Positions 49,700-61,860 of a DNA stretch of 64,000 nucleotides are shown in pieces. The DNA is taken from the NCBI RefSeq assembly GCF_009914755.1, contig NC_060935.1; one strand, written 5' to 3'. The stretch comes from the human T2T-CHM13v2.0 reference genome, Homo sapiens. Made by a program: the position numbers and the translations under genes. Each line of letters starts with the position of its first letter. Positions within the stretch are counted from its first letter, which is position 1. The notes beneath the pieces are model-generated. The model was not told the DNA's origin, made no database searches, and was given only the letters and a program-made list of their open reading frames with translations.

Positions 49700-52559
49700 A
49701 GGAAAAGGTAAAGCCAAGGGTAAGGCCTGAGTGATTCGACAGGTAAAGGTACAATGAGCCACTTTGGGATTTAGACAGTTTATTACCTACATAGACAGTG
49801 AAGAGAAGGATGAACCAAAGGCACCAGCCCCTGTGATCCTTGTCCCACATGCCAAAGAGGATAACATTAGAACCAAAGGGGCCTGATGACTACGTGAGTT
49901 GTGGGATACCTGGTAGTTGAGGAGTATATTAGTCTGTTTTCATGCTGCTGATAAAGACATACCTGAGACTAGGCAACTAACAAAAGAAAGAGGTTTAATG
50001 AACTTACAGTTCCACATGGATGGGGAAGCCTCATAATCATGGTGGAAGGCAGGGAGGAGCAAGTCATGTCTTACATGAATGGCAGCAGGCAAAGAGAGAG
50101 AGCTTGTGCAGGGAAACTCTCATTTTTAAAACTATCAGATCTTGTGAGACTTATTCACTATCACGAGAACAGCACAGGAAAGACCCACCCCCATAATTCA
50201 ATTATCTCCTAGCGGGTCCCTCCCACAACACATGAGAATTATGGAAGCCACAAAATGAGATCTGGGTGAGGACACAGCCATATCATTTCACCTCTGCCCC
50301 TCCCAAATCTGATGTCTTCACATTTCAAAACCAATCATGCCTTCCCAGCAGTCCCCCAAAATCTTAACTCATTTCAGCATTAACTCAAAAGTCCACAGTC
50401 CAAAGTCTCATCTGAGACAAGGCAAGTCCCTTCTGTCTATGAGCCTGGAAAATCAAAGGCAAGTTAGTTCTTCCTAGATACAACGGGGGCACAGGCACTG
50501 GGTAAATACAGCTCTTCCAAATGGGAAAAATTGACCAAAACAAAGGAGCTACAGGCCCCCATACAAGTCTGAAATCCAGAAAAGCAGTCAAATTTTAAAG
50601 CTCCAAAATGATCTCCTTTGACTCCATGTCTCACATCCAGGTCGCACTGATGCAAGAGGTGGGTTCCCATGGTGTTGGGCAGCTCTGCCCCTATGGATTT
50701 GCAAGATACAGCCTCCCTCCCAGCTGCTTTCATGGGCTGGCCTTGAGTGTTTAGGCTTTTCCAGGCACACAGTGCAAGCTGTTTCTGGATCTACCAGTCT
50801 GGGGTCTGGAGGACAGTGGCCTTCTTCTTACAGCTCCACTAGGTGGTGCCCCAGTAGGGACTCTGTGTGGGAGCTCCGACCCCACATTTCCCTTCTGCCC
50901 TGCCCTAGCAGAGGTTCTCCATGAAGTCCACACCCCTGCAGCAAACTTCTGCCTGGGTATCCAGGCATTTCCATACATCCTCTAAAATCCAGGCAGAGGT
51001 TCCCAAACCCCAATTTTGACTTCTATGTACTCACAGGCTTAACACCATATGGAAGTTGCCAAGGCTTGGGGCTTCTACCCTCTGAAGCCATGGTCTGAGC
51101 TCTATGTTGGCCCCTTGTAGCCGTAGCTGAAGCAGCTGGGACACAGGGCATGAAGTCCCTAGGCTGCACACAGCTTGGGGACTCTGGGCCTGGCCCACAA
51201 AACCATTTTTTCCTCCTAGGACTCCAGGTTTGTGATGGGAGGGGCTGCCATGAAGACCTCTGATGTACCCTGGAGACATTTTCCTCATTGTCTTGGGGCT
51301 TAACATTCAGCTCCTTGTTACTTATGCAAATTTCTGCAGCCAGCTTGAGGTTCTCCTCAGAAAATGATTTTCTTTTCTATAGCTTTGTCAGGCTGCAAAT
51401 TTTCTGAACTTTTATGCTCTGCTTCCCTTTTGAAGCTGAATGCCTTTAACTGCACCCAAGTCACCTCTTGAATGCTTTGCTGCTTAGAAATTTCTTCTGC
51501 CAGATACCCTAAATCATCTCTCTCGAGTTCAATGTTCTGTACATCTGTAGGGCAGGGGCAAAATGCCTCCAGTCTCTTTGCTAAAACATAACAAGGGTCA
51601 CCTTTGCTCCAGTTCCCAAGAAGTTCCTCATTTCCATCTGAGACCACCTCAGCCTGGAATTTATTGTCCATATCACTATCAGCATTTTGGGCTAAGCCAT
51701 TTAGCAAGTCTCTAGGATGTTCCAAACTTTCCCACATTTTCCTGTCTTCTTCTGAGCCCTCCAAACTGTTCCAACCTCTGCCTGTTACTCAGTTCCAAAG
51801 TCACTTCCACATTTTTGGGTATCTTTTCAGCAGTACCCTACTCTTGGTACCAATTTACTGTATTAGTCCTGTTTTCACACTGCTGGTAAAGACATACCCC
51901 AAACTGGGCAATTTACAAAAGAAAGACGTTTAGTGGACTTCCATTTCACATGGCTGGAAAAGCCTCACAATCATGTTGGAAGGCAAGGAGGAGCAAGTCA
52001 CGTCTTACATGGATGGCAGCAAGCAAAGAGAGAGAGCACTGAGCTTGTTCAGGGAAACTCCCATTTTTAAAACCATCAGATCTCATAAGACTTATTCACT
52101 ATCATTAGAACAGCATGGGGAAGACACACTCCCATAATACAATTATCTCCCACTGGGTTCCTCCCACAACATGTGGGAATTATGGGAGCTACAAGATGTG
52201 ATTTGGGTGGGGACACAGAGCCAAACTATATCAAGGAGCTATGTGGTTTTAGACCGCAGCTAAGTAGTTTTATATTCCACAGCTCTATTTTGAGAAGAAT
52301 GTGGCAGAAAGCCCCATACGTCATCAGTACCCAGGAAGTGATGAGATGGGTTTTGAGATAGTCTCCCTGGGAAGATAGAAAGGTAAAAGGCAGATGACCT
52401 CAGAGCAGCTCTTCATAAGCCTCACATACTCTGGGGTTCCAAGAGGATCACAGACGTTTTCCCAAGACTCAGATAAGCTGAAGTTTAACTGTCTGGCTGT
52501 GTGGCATATGTGGCTATGTATGAAGTTGCAGCGTGCCAGGGCAGAGCTGTTACACTGCA
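49700..52559. mobile_element. Probable older LTR (family not identified), split by THE1A and inserted in an L2 3' end
   Basis: Non-L2 sequence on both sides of THE1A (49700-49924 and 52239-52559), bounded by collinear L2 text (attcactgatgcacccca | agtaggcattcagtgagtaaatgaat). Confidence 0.45.
49925..52233 (-). mobile_element. Full-length THE1A MaLR provirus (LTRs 49925-50285 and 51859-52233)
   Basis: Perfect TSD aggag; THE1A-type LTR features (ggacacagagccaaac, gggagctacaagatg, gggcaatttacaaaagaaag); internal ORF remnant 51357-51764 MEGSEEDRKMWESLEHPRDLLNG. Confidence 0.9.
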
Positions 52560-53049
52560 AGTAGGCATTCAGTGAGTAAATGAATACATGAATAGCTAAA
52601 AGCCCCTCAATTGTATTGACCGGTAAGGAAAGAGAAGAGAAGATGTAAATTCACTTTTTTGGATAAATAATGTGGTTCAGAGCAAGGAGCATATGGTCTA
52701 GAATCAGACTGTTCTAGGTTGTAAATGCAGCTTGGCTACTTAGTGGCTGGATCAACTTAGGCAAATAGGTGCTGTAAAAGTAGTTGCTATAATCTTTATT
52801 AACTTCATATTTTATATTTTAATATGAAATTTTATATGTGCAAAGAGTCTTTGTGCATTTGTCTTCTTCTGTCCCCACTCCCCATCCCAATGCTGGAGAC
52901 TTGATTGTCATTATACTTAACATATTATGGAGATAATAGAACCACCTCTTGAAGACTGGAGAAAAGAAAAGAAAAATTACTCCTATCCAACAAGATTAGT
53001 ATTATTGCTAAGACTTTTAATATAACTCTTTCTAGCCTCCTCTCCCACA

Positions 53050-53280
53050 TATATAATAATAACACCTAATGTTTCTAGAGGGCCTCATATGTCACATACA
53101 TTAACTCACTTAATCCTTACAATACCACTTTCGGCCAGATGCTATAATTATCCCCATTTTCAAGGTGAGAAAACAGAAGTGCAGAGAGGTTTAGTGGCTT
53201 GCCTAAGGTCACATACTTAGTCAGAGCTAGAATTTCAATCCTTGTAGTCAGCTCCCAGTACTTGTGCATTTAACCATGAT
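53050..53280 (-). mobile_element. MIR
   Basis: attatccccattttcaaggtgagaaaacagaagtgcagagaggtttagtggcttgcctaaggtcaca. Confidence 0.85.
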
Positions 53281-53361
53281 TATAACCCACAAACCATTCT
53301 ACATTCTAGCATAAAGTCAGAAACTCTACTTTTCCATGCAGAAACATATTCATAGGCATTC

Positions 53362-53492
53362 TTTTTTTTTTTTTTTTTTTTTTTTGAGATGGAGTCTCGC
53401 TCTGTCGCCCAGGCTGGAGTGCAGTGGCGCGATCTTGGCTCACTGCAAGCTCCGCCTCCCGGGTTCACGCCATTCTCCTGCCTCAGCCTCCC
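53362..53492 (-). mobile_element. Heavily 5'-truncated AluY (distal right arm only)
   Basis: Pure 24-T tail, near-consensus AluY with CpGs intact, perfect TSD cataggcattc. Confidence 0.95.
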
Positions 53493-54019
53493 CATAGGCA
53501 TTCATTTTAATATCCATCAAACCATGATATCGTGCATGGTTTCCTTAATCACTTCTCCTGTTTGGGGGCATTTGTTTTTTAATTTTTACTTCTATAAACA
53601 AAGTGAGATAAATATCTTTGTACACAAAGTCTTTTCTGTGGTTAAGATTATTTCCCAGAAGTGCAGATACAGATTCAAAGGCAGGAACATGTACTTGGCG
53701 TCAGATCCTATCACTTAGTGACTTTCCAAACTGGCCCACTCTCTGTCGATAGGCAGCAACTTCATGACCCAGCCCTGGATGTTCTGATCCAGTAGGTGCT
53801 GAGAGGTTCCCAGGAAGCTCTATTTTTTTTTTTTTTTTTAACCAACTCTCCTGGTGATTCTGATGCTGACCAATCTGGGGAACAGCTGACCTACCCAAGT
53901 GCCCTCCCTGTCCAAGCATATATTCTAGGGTTTTATATGCATTCGCTTTTTGTCATCACCTTCAGGAAAAAAATCAATTGTAGCATCTCCAATTATATAG
54001 ATGTGATTACACACTAATT

Positions 54020-54720
54020 TGCACAACCAATTCCATAAATACATATGCAGTGCTGGTTTAGGTGCTGGACACACAATAGTGTACAAGACAAAGTCCCCAA
54101 ATTCTTGGCAGTCACATTAGGGTATGATTTGACAGATAATATACAAGAAAACAAGTAAAGAAGATGATTTCAGAGAGTGATATATGCTTTGGAGTCACCA
54201 AAATGGAAAAATGTAACAGAGAGTAGTGTGGCGGCACAGGAGAGCTACTTTATACAGGATGGTCAGAGGAGGTGACATTGTGTGAAAAAGATGTGCAGAT
54301 TTGCCAGAAAGTGTTCCAGGCAAAAGAAACTGCAAACTTAAAATGTTTGAGCAACAGAAGAAAAAAAGGTCAGCATGGGTGGAGTGTAGCTAGTGAATGC
54401 AAGAGTGTAGAGAAATTTGGAGAAGGACACAAGGTTCAGATGATATAAAGCTTGTGGCCTTTGTAAGGAGTGACTGTGATTACATTACGGACACCACTGG
54501 TGGGCTATAAGATGGGGAATGGTACAATATGCTGCATGTTTTTAAAAGCTCACCCCAATCTTTTTGTCTAGAAGACGGTAAAGGAGGGACAGGGAAGCAT
54601 TTGAAAAACCTAGGAAACTCTTGAATTCCAGCCAAGAGATGATAGTGGTTTATGGAAATGCGAATGCAGAAAAGTGAATTGATTCCAACTATATCTAGAG
54701 GCAGAGGGATGGGGAGATTC
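54020..54720 (-). mobile_element. L2
   Basis: gtgctggtttaggtgctggacac...gtacaagacaaagtcccc; ggatggtcagagg; ccagccaagagatgatagtgg. Confidence 0.7.
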
Positions 54721-54831
54721 TGCAGATGAACTAATATCTCATATAGTTTGAGCCAAGAGCAGAAACTAAAAGTAATTCCCTTGATGAATGACTTGACCCT
54801 GAGGCTCTTACATGCTAGTCCTAGATGTCTT
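54689..54831 (+). repeat. Copy 1 of a ~140-bp local direct repeat
   Basis: Shares exact blocks tagtttgagccaagagcagaaac, cccttgatgaatgacttga and atgctagtcctagatgtctt with 56283-56424. Confidence 0.9.
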
Positions 54832-56282
54832 CTTACCCAGCCATGTAACCTTGGACAAGTTAGTTTATCACTCCTGGAAATTCTAGTTCCAACATTTTCT
54901 CATCCTTTGGTAAATATAATAGTCTCTATGTCCCCTCCTTCTTTATTCCACAAATGTTTCTTAAATGGCTACTAAGGACTATACTAGGTCCTGATGAATC
55001 AGCCAGACACTAAACCTCCTCTGTACAGCTGACAGCTTGGGAGAGGTGACTGATATTAAACAAATAATTGGGCAAATAATTATTTAAATTATTATTGGGA
55101 TTAGGACTGCCAGGGAGAACCCCAGGAATAAAATCACAGGGGACCTCATCTTGACGGGGGTTATGGGAAGGCTTCCCTGAAAAAGAGGCATTTTAGCAGT
55201 GGCACTTGGTGAGGGCACAATCAGTATAAGACAAATCAAAAACCTCATAGACCATGTTTCATGAGCTTTGGATCCACAAGCACCAGTGACTTTAAGTTAG
55301 AGTCAGTTGCTTGTGAAACTGAAGGGACTCTACCTCAGGTCTGCCCCAAGGGGCCACGTGATTCTGGGTACATTCTCTCCTGAGGTCAGCTAGTTCTCTT
55401 TGACAAAGCCAGGCATTTTTTCCTAGAATCGAATGTCACAGGAGGCACATTAGATGACCTGATGTCATGATACCCAGAGTGAGGGAGGCACTTGGCAACA
55501 CATCAGGCAACTTGGCTTCTTTCTCTGCCTCCACCCCAGGGTTCTGGGACAGAATGCCAGTTACTAAGTCTCCTAGGGCCGGATTTGGCCTATCCATTTG
55601 GAAAACAGACAAACTCCCCAGTTATCAATTCTGAAGGTTATCTCAGGAATTAGTCTCTTCCATACAAGAGAGCAAACAGTGCTTGAAGTTGCTCTGGCCA
55701 TTTTGTAGGTGACAATTGCCCCTACATAAGAATTGCCAAGCACTAATCACTCCAGCATTTCCATCTTCCCCCGTCCCCTCAACACCAACTTTCACACAAA
55801 GACACTGAAACAGGATCTCCTTTGGGCAAGAGTTTCCAGGATCTTGGGGCTGCTTTCTTGTCTGCTTTAGCAGCTGGAGCCCGAGAGTGATTACAAAGGT
55901 TTCTTTTTTTTCCCTCTTTGGAGGCTTCTAGACAAACTCTCACTGTGAGGGAGGTCACCCACTGGCCAGATCCAGTGTATAGCCTGCCTATAAACACTGC
56001 AGAAGGAGAAGAAACCCTTTCTCAGAAGCTGGAGGGCATAGAGGAGAACTGGGCTTTGTCTCCAGGACCCTTTCCCAGTGTACCAAGGACAGCCACGGCT
56101 CCCTAGAAGGGTGCCCTGTTGGCCAACTGGTTTTCTAATCAGGAATGCTGAGATTATTAAAAAACTATCTTTATGGAATATTTCCATAATTCTGAGTCAG
56201 AGTCCATGGCCCAACATACTCCTCCCTAGCAGGGCAGTATGGTGCAATGGTTAGGTGAATAGATTCTGCACCTTGGGTTCGG

Positions 56283-56424
56283 CTATATCTGGAGGCAGGT
56301 AGATGGGGAGGCTGTAGAAGTACTAATATCTCAGTTAGTTTGAGCCAAGAGCAGAAACCAAAGGCAGTCCCCCTTGATGAATGACTTGAACTTAAGGGTC
56401 TTTGATGCTAGTCCTAGATGTCTT
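56283..56424 (+). repeat. Copy 2 of the ~140-bp local direct repeat, embedded in a MIR
   Basis: Same three exact blocks; preceded by MIR head gcagtatggtgcaatggttagg and followed by MIR core. Confidence 0.9.
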
Positions 56425-59115
56425 GTCAAATTTTAAACCTGTGACTTCAGGCAAATCACCCTCTCAGCTCTACTTCCCACATATTTATATTGAACCTAGG
56501 AAAACACACCTGTCATAGGCTTTGAATTTTAAAATTACTGAGCTGATGTAGGTAATGTGCATAGCACAGAGTGGGCTCAATCATCCATATCACAGCATTA
56601 CTAGATGTCCACAGGAGTCTGTATTTGCTATGCTGCTGCCAACTGAGAGCTGGTCTAGTCACCAGCTGCTGAACACAAGTGGCCATGTGAGCAGTGGAAA
56701 GAGCTACAGATAGGAAGCAGATCTGCCACCAGTTCTTCTGTGGCCATGGGCAAGTCACTTGGGTCTGAAAATCCAGGGTCTGGAAAAGAAAAGAGTTAAA
56801 TAAAACAAACTCCAAGATCCTCATTAGCACTTAACCATTTTCAGGAGGGCTCTCATAAGTCACTGGGAAGAAGGTAAAAGCCCCATATTAGTGGGGTGCT
56901 TTTCAAGTGCTTCCTTTTCCTTTTTGGCCTCTTCACCCCCACCCCACCCTTCCCATGAAGCTTTCTCAGCAGCTTCTGGTCAGAGATCTCCTGCTCTTGG
57001 TGGAATGCTATCTACGGAACGTGAATCCTGTGGCTGACCCTGGAGATCACCTGTTCTGGCTTTCTCTTCAGGGAGATAAGGAAACCAAGGTTCAAAGACT
57101 TGAAAGATTCTACCTACCATCACAGAGTTAGAGGTCGCTGGGCCCAGACTAGGACCCACCTTCTCCTATTCCAAGTTTGCCATAGCCACTGCTTCTCCTC
57201 CTCCATCCAAGTAACTATTAGGAAGGAACACACAAGGAAGGAACAACAATGCCTAGACTCCTAGTGTAAGGAAGGAACCTTGCTTGGAACTGAACTTCCC
57301 AAGCAAAGGTAATTCCTCCTTGGGCCTCCAAAGAGGCCAAAATACAAGAATCAGGAGAACTGTCTTGCTTCCAGTCCCAAGGTACGCTAGCTGTGTGCTT
57401 TTGAGTAAACTACCTAATTCCTCTGTGCCTTTTCCCTCACCACAACCCCAGCTACTCTTAAAGCCTGACCTGTCCCTACCTAACAAAGCCATTATGCAGA
57501 AAGGCCCTCAGGTGAGAAACCTTGTTTTATTTATGAAGTCACCAAAGGTATTACTCAGCCCCTGACTCCCACTGAGGGAATCCGTTGGAAGCTTTAAGCT
57601 CAGTTCCCTGGGTTTTGTGCTCAGCTTTGGAGTTTTCTCTTCCAGTGAGTGAACAAAGCCCATTTAGAAACCCAAACCTACCCACCAGTCCCTGGGGTCT
57701 AGGCCCAACTCCTCTATCTGTGCATCCCAGAGAGGAAAGTGCCTGCTGCCTGATTCAATGGGCCCATTATGTATGGCTAATTCCACAGTAGAACACTGTG
57801 TCTTTGAGGGCCTGGCAGCAACTGGTCGTACCTGTTTTAGAGTCAGTACATTGTGTTTGCTGGAGAGATGAAGGAGAGCAGCACACAGCACCATCTCATC
57901 ATCGCAAATGCCATTTCAGGTTAATGATTACCACGTACAGTATTACTGTAGTCAAAATGCGCACACCAAGGGCCCTTCCCATGCAGCCTGGCAGGCGGCA
58001 TATAAAGGAGGTCATTGTGTGTGCTGGGTAAAGGAGTGAGAGGTGCCTACAGGTGCCAAGTGTGGTCTCATAGCTCATATGCTCAGGAGGGCAGAGGTTC
58101 ACCGGAGGGGTGACACTGTGCACATATTTTCTCACTTTATAAGACAATCTATTTACATTCACATTGACACTGAGGTACTGTTACTGAAGCTGGAATTTGT
58201 GTCATTCAATAAAATACCCTATCAGCCTAAACTGACATTACAGAACATCAACTAGATCCCACAAGAAACTTGCTTATCTCAGGCCAGAACTGGTTCTTTT
58301 GTAGCCAGAGACATCCTACTCCTGCTGGGGCGTTGTGTAGGCCTGCCTACAGGCCTACAGTTGGGGGGTGTTCCTAACCACCTGAATGACTGAAGTTGAT
58401 GGCTATCAGGCCCCAGCCAGCCTTTTCTATCTGCCAGAAACAAAGCAAGAATGTTCCCCTCCTGAGGTCTCAATTTACAGGCTTTTCACGTTGATAATTA
58501 AGCAAGGTTTGCCACCCACACTTCTATTTAGAGGTTCTTCCTGAGACAGTCTTGACATTGCCTTTAATTAGCCCAGCTGTGACTCCACCTGCTTTTATTG
58601 CCACCTTCAGCCAGAGGGGATTGCTCTAGGGCCAGAAGCCTATGACCTTGGTCATGTTCCTGGGTCAGTGAAACCAGTTGCATGATTTGGCAGAACCACA
58701 GAGACCCTCTTCTCCAAACAAAACAAAACAGAAAACCCTAATACTGGAAATTCCATCTTTAGTTTCACAATTGCTTTGTGTCAAGCATTGTTCTCTGTTG
58801 CAGTTCTCACTTAAAGTCCAAAAAATCCTGGGATGGGTGGTAATATACGTCTCCAGCATTGAAATGCAAATACATTTATCTGATTGGGAAAGGTGGCATG
58901 AAAATCTTGAGTGTTGGAGGTGAGAGAGCTGCACTGAAAATGGGAGAAGGAAAATACTTGAGTGCTAAGAAAGAATTGTGACATCAAAGGCACAAGGAGG
59001 GTGTTTCCTGGTCACCTGAGTTATATCTTGTTTCCCCTTTCCTCTTAACACATAAATAAATAAATAAGAATAACAACAAAGACATAGCCTTTCATACACA
59101 TAAAATCATAATGGC

Positions 59116-59657
59116 TGTAGTGGACTCTGTTGTTTGCCCACTAAGCAAAGAGCATTCCCCTTTCTTTCGGGAAATTTTTCTTCCATACTTTAAGTGCATG
59201 CGGTTCAGGTGAAGCTAACTTCACCCCAGGGTCCAGGCATCATCTAGGCCTAGACCATCAAATCACTACATGCCACAGTCCCACTGGCTGAAGTCATTGT
59301 TAAATGCATAGCCATGCAGCCTGACCTAAGTCAATGAAACTCAAATGTAGGGATTTTGTAGAAACTATTGGGGGAAAAAAAAGAGCTTTCTGTTGATGGT
59401 GCTAAGCTGATGGAATGCAGGCTTAGACCAGTGAATGGACTCTTTACCCTGGCATGTCAAGAGCCTGCCTGGAAGTGAAACCAATTCAGAGAAGCATGAA
59501 CTAAAACTTTCAGAGAGCCATGTTTCTAATGATATCATCTGAACACCTAGAGCTGACTATACCTGACATTAACATGAACTCAAACTTTCTAGTTACAGCC
59601 AAAAACTTCCTTTGCCCTTTCCCTTGTTTCTGATGCAACAGAAGTTCTTAATGTTAC
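59116..59657 (+). mobile_element. MLT1J/K-type MaLR solo LTR
   Basis: tgtagtggactctgtt...; gacctaagtcaatgaaactc...gaaactattggg; tgatatcatctgaacacctagagc; ends ...gcaacagaagttcttaatgttaca. Confidence 0.7.
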
Positions 59658-59929
59658 AATGACGTTACCACACAGTTCACAGTGGTGCTAGTCCCCAGCT
59701 GCTGGTAGTATTCTTCTCTACCTGATTCTGCCAGGTTCCAGTGATCTTGGCTCAAACCTGGGCTCAGTGTACCTCTCAGTGACTTGGATAATAGTAGGAT
59801 AGACAATAGGGAGGAAAAGAGAATTACTGATATGGAAGAACTTTGCTCTTCTTGGAAGAAACACATTGTAAAACTCCCAAGTCTTATGTCGACAAAAGCA
59901 GACGTCCCCCTGTGGCTTAGAAAGTACTC

Positions 59930-60100
59930 TGGGGCTTTGCCACTCAAAGTGAGGTCCCTTGACCAGCGGTAGGCATCACCTAGAACTTGATAATTTGTTA
60001 AAACTGCAGAACCCCAGCCTATCCCAGACCTATGAATCAAACCTTCACAAGGTCTTCAGGTGATTTATGTAGTATGAAAGGTAGGGAACCGCAGTTCAAG
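59930..60100. mobile_element. MER5-type DNA transposon fragment
   Basis: ctcaaagtgaggtcccttgaccagc...ggcatcacctagaacttg...aaactgcagaa...ccagacctatgaatca. Confidence 0.7.
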
Positions 60101-60339
60101 AGACTGCAGGAGGTCAGGGCCCCAGGTACACTTATGTTTGTTTTATATCCTGGGGTATATGTATGATCTCAGTTAAAAGTAGGTTCCCTTGGTTTCAAAA
60201 AGTTTGAAAAACACTGATATACTTCAATCTTCACATTTCACAGAGGGGTAAACTAAGGCTGAGAAAGGATAAATTACTTGTCTAGCAGCAGAATCAGCCA
60301 CTGAGTCAGGATGAAAAGCAAATGTTCTGAAAATCTTTG

Positions 60340-61860
60340 TCACCTTGGGTTAAGCAAAGATTTTTAAAAATATGGCAACAAAAGCATTATCCATCAAAGA
60401 AAAGAAATCAATAAATGACTACATAAACATTTAAAACATCTGCTTTTCAAAAAATACTGTTGGGAAAATAAAAAGATAAGACACCAATTGGTAGAAAGTA
60501 TTTACCAAATACACATTTGATAAAGGATGTTTATCCTGTCTAAACTGAATAATAAGAAAACAAACAACACAATTAGAAATAAGGAAAAGGTTTAAATCGA
60601 TACCTCACAAGAGAAGTTACATGGATGCCAAATAACCACATGAAAAGATGTTCGACATCTTTAGTTATTAAGAAAATGCAAATTAAAAACAAAATGAAAT
60701 ACCTGTGTATACCTAGCAGGTTGGCAAAACCAAAAAGCAGATAATATGAAGTACAATGAGGATGTGAAGCACTTAAATTTTCATACACTGTTGATGGGAA
60801 TGCAAAAATGGAACAACCACTTGGAAATGATTTGGTAGTTTCTTACAAATTTAAACCTGCTTATCATACGACCCAGGAAATCCCCTAAACATTTATGCAA
60901 GAGAAATGAAAACCTACATTCGCGCACAAAAAAGTTGATATGTGAACATCTATAGATGCTTTAGTCACAGCAACCAAACCCTGGAATAATACAAGTATCC
61001 TTCAACTCGTGGGTAGATAAACTGTGCATCCATACAATGGAATACTATTTAGCAATTTTAAAAAGGAATGAAAAAGAAAAAAAATGGATCAATCTCAAAA
61101 GCTTTGTGCTGAATGAAGGAAGCTAGATTCAAAAGGCCGCATACAGTATGTGTGTGATTCCATTTATATAACATTCTGGGAAAAGTAAAACTATAGGGGC
61201 AAAAATCTGATCAGTGGCTGCCAGGGGCAGGGTCCAGGGGAGGTGATTGACTATAAAGGTATTGTATCCATTTCCTAGGACCGCCATCACAAAATACCGC
61301 AAACTGTGTGACTTCAACAGAAATGTATTGTCTCAGAGTCCTGAAGCCTGGAAGTCTAAAGTCAAGATGTTGGCAGAGTTGTCTCCTTCTGAGAGCTGCA
61401 AGGGGAGGATCTGTCCAGGCTCCTCTCCTTGGTGTCTCTTCTTCTCTCCAGCCATGAAGATGGCTGCCTCCATGTTCACATCGTGTTCCCCTTGTATGTG
61501 TCTGTGTCCAAATGTCCCTTTTTATAAGAGCATCAGTCATTTTGGGTTAGGGCTTACCTTAATGACCTCATTTTAACTTGATTATTACCTCTATAAAGAC
61601 CCTATTTCCAAAAAAGGAGACATTCTGAGGTAGTGAGGGTTAGGACTTCAACATAGGAGTTTTGGGGGACATAATTCTCCCTATGACAGGAGCACAAGAG
61701 AACGTTTTGGAGCTGGAACCATACTACTCTATCTTAATTGTGATGATGGTCCCATGTATGTGTGTATTTGTGAAAAGTCATAAAACTACACTTTTTAGTC
61801 TGAATTTAGGGTGAATTTTGCCACTTGTAACATAACTTGATTTTTTAAAATAAAAAATAA
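60340..61860 (+). mobile_element. L1MD/ME 3' portion, interrupted by MLT1
   Basis: ccttgggttaagcaaagattttt; gaaaatgcaaattaaaa; catccatacaatggaatactatt; gattccatttatataacattct. Confidence 0.8.
61263..61688 (-). mobile_element. MLT1B-like MaLR solo LTR
   Basis: tgtatccatttcctaggaccgccatcacaaaatacc...taatgacctcattttaacttgatt...gggggacataattctccctatgaca. Confidence 0.85.

Noticed and set aside
51357-51764. 135-aa ORF as a novel gene
   Set aside because: It is a fragment of the MaLR internal ORF and is broken downstream; the same peptide appears in THE1D at 28980-29162.
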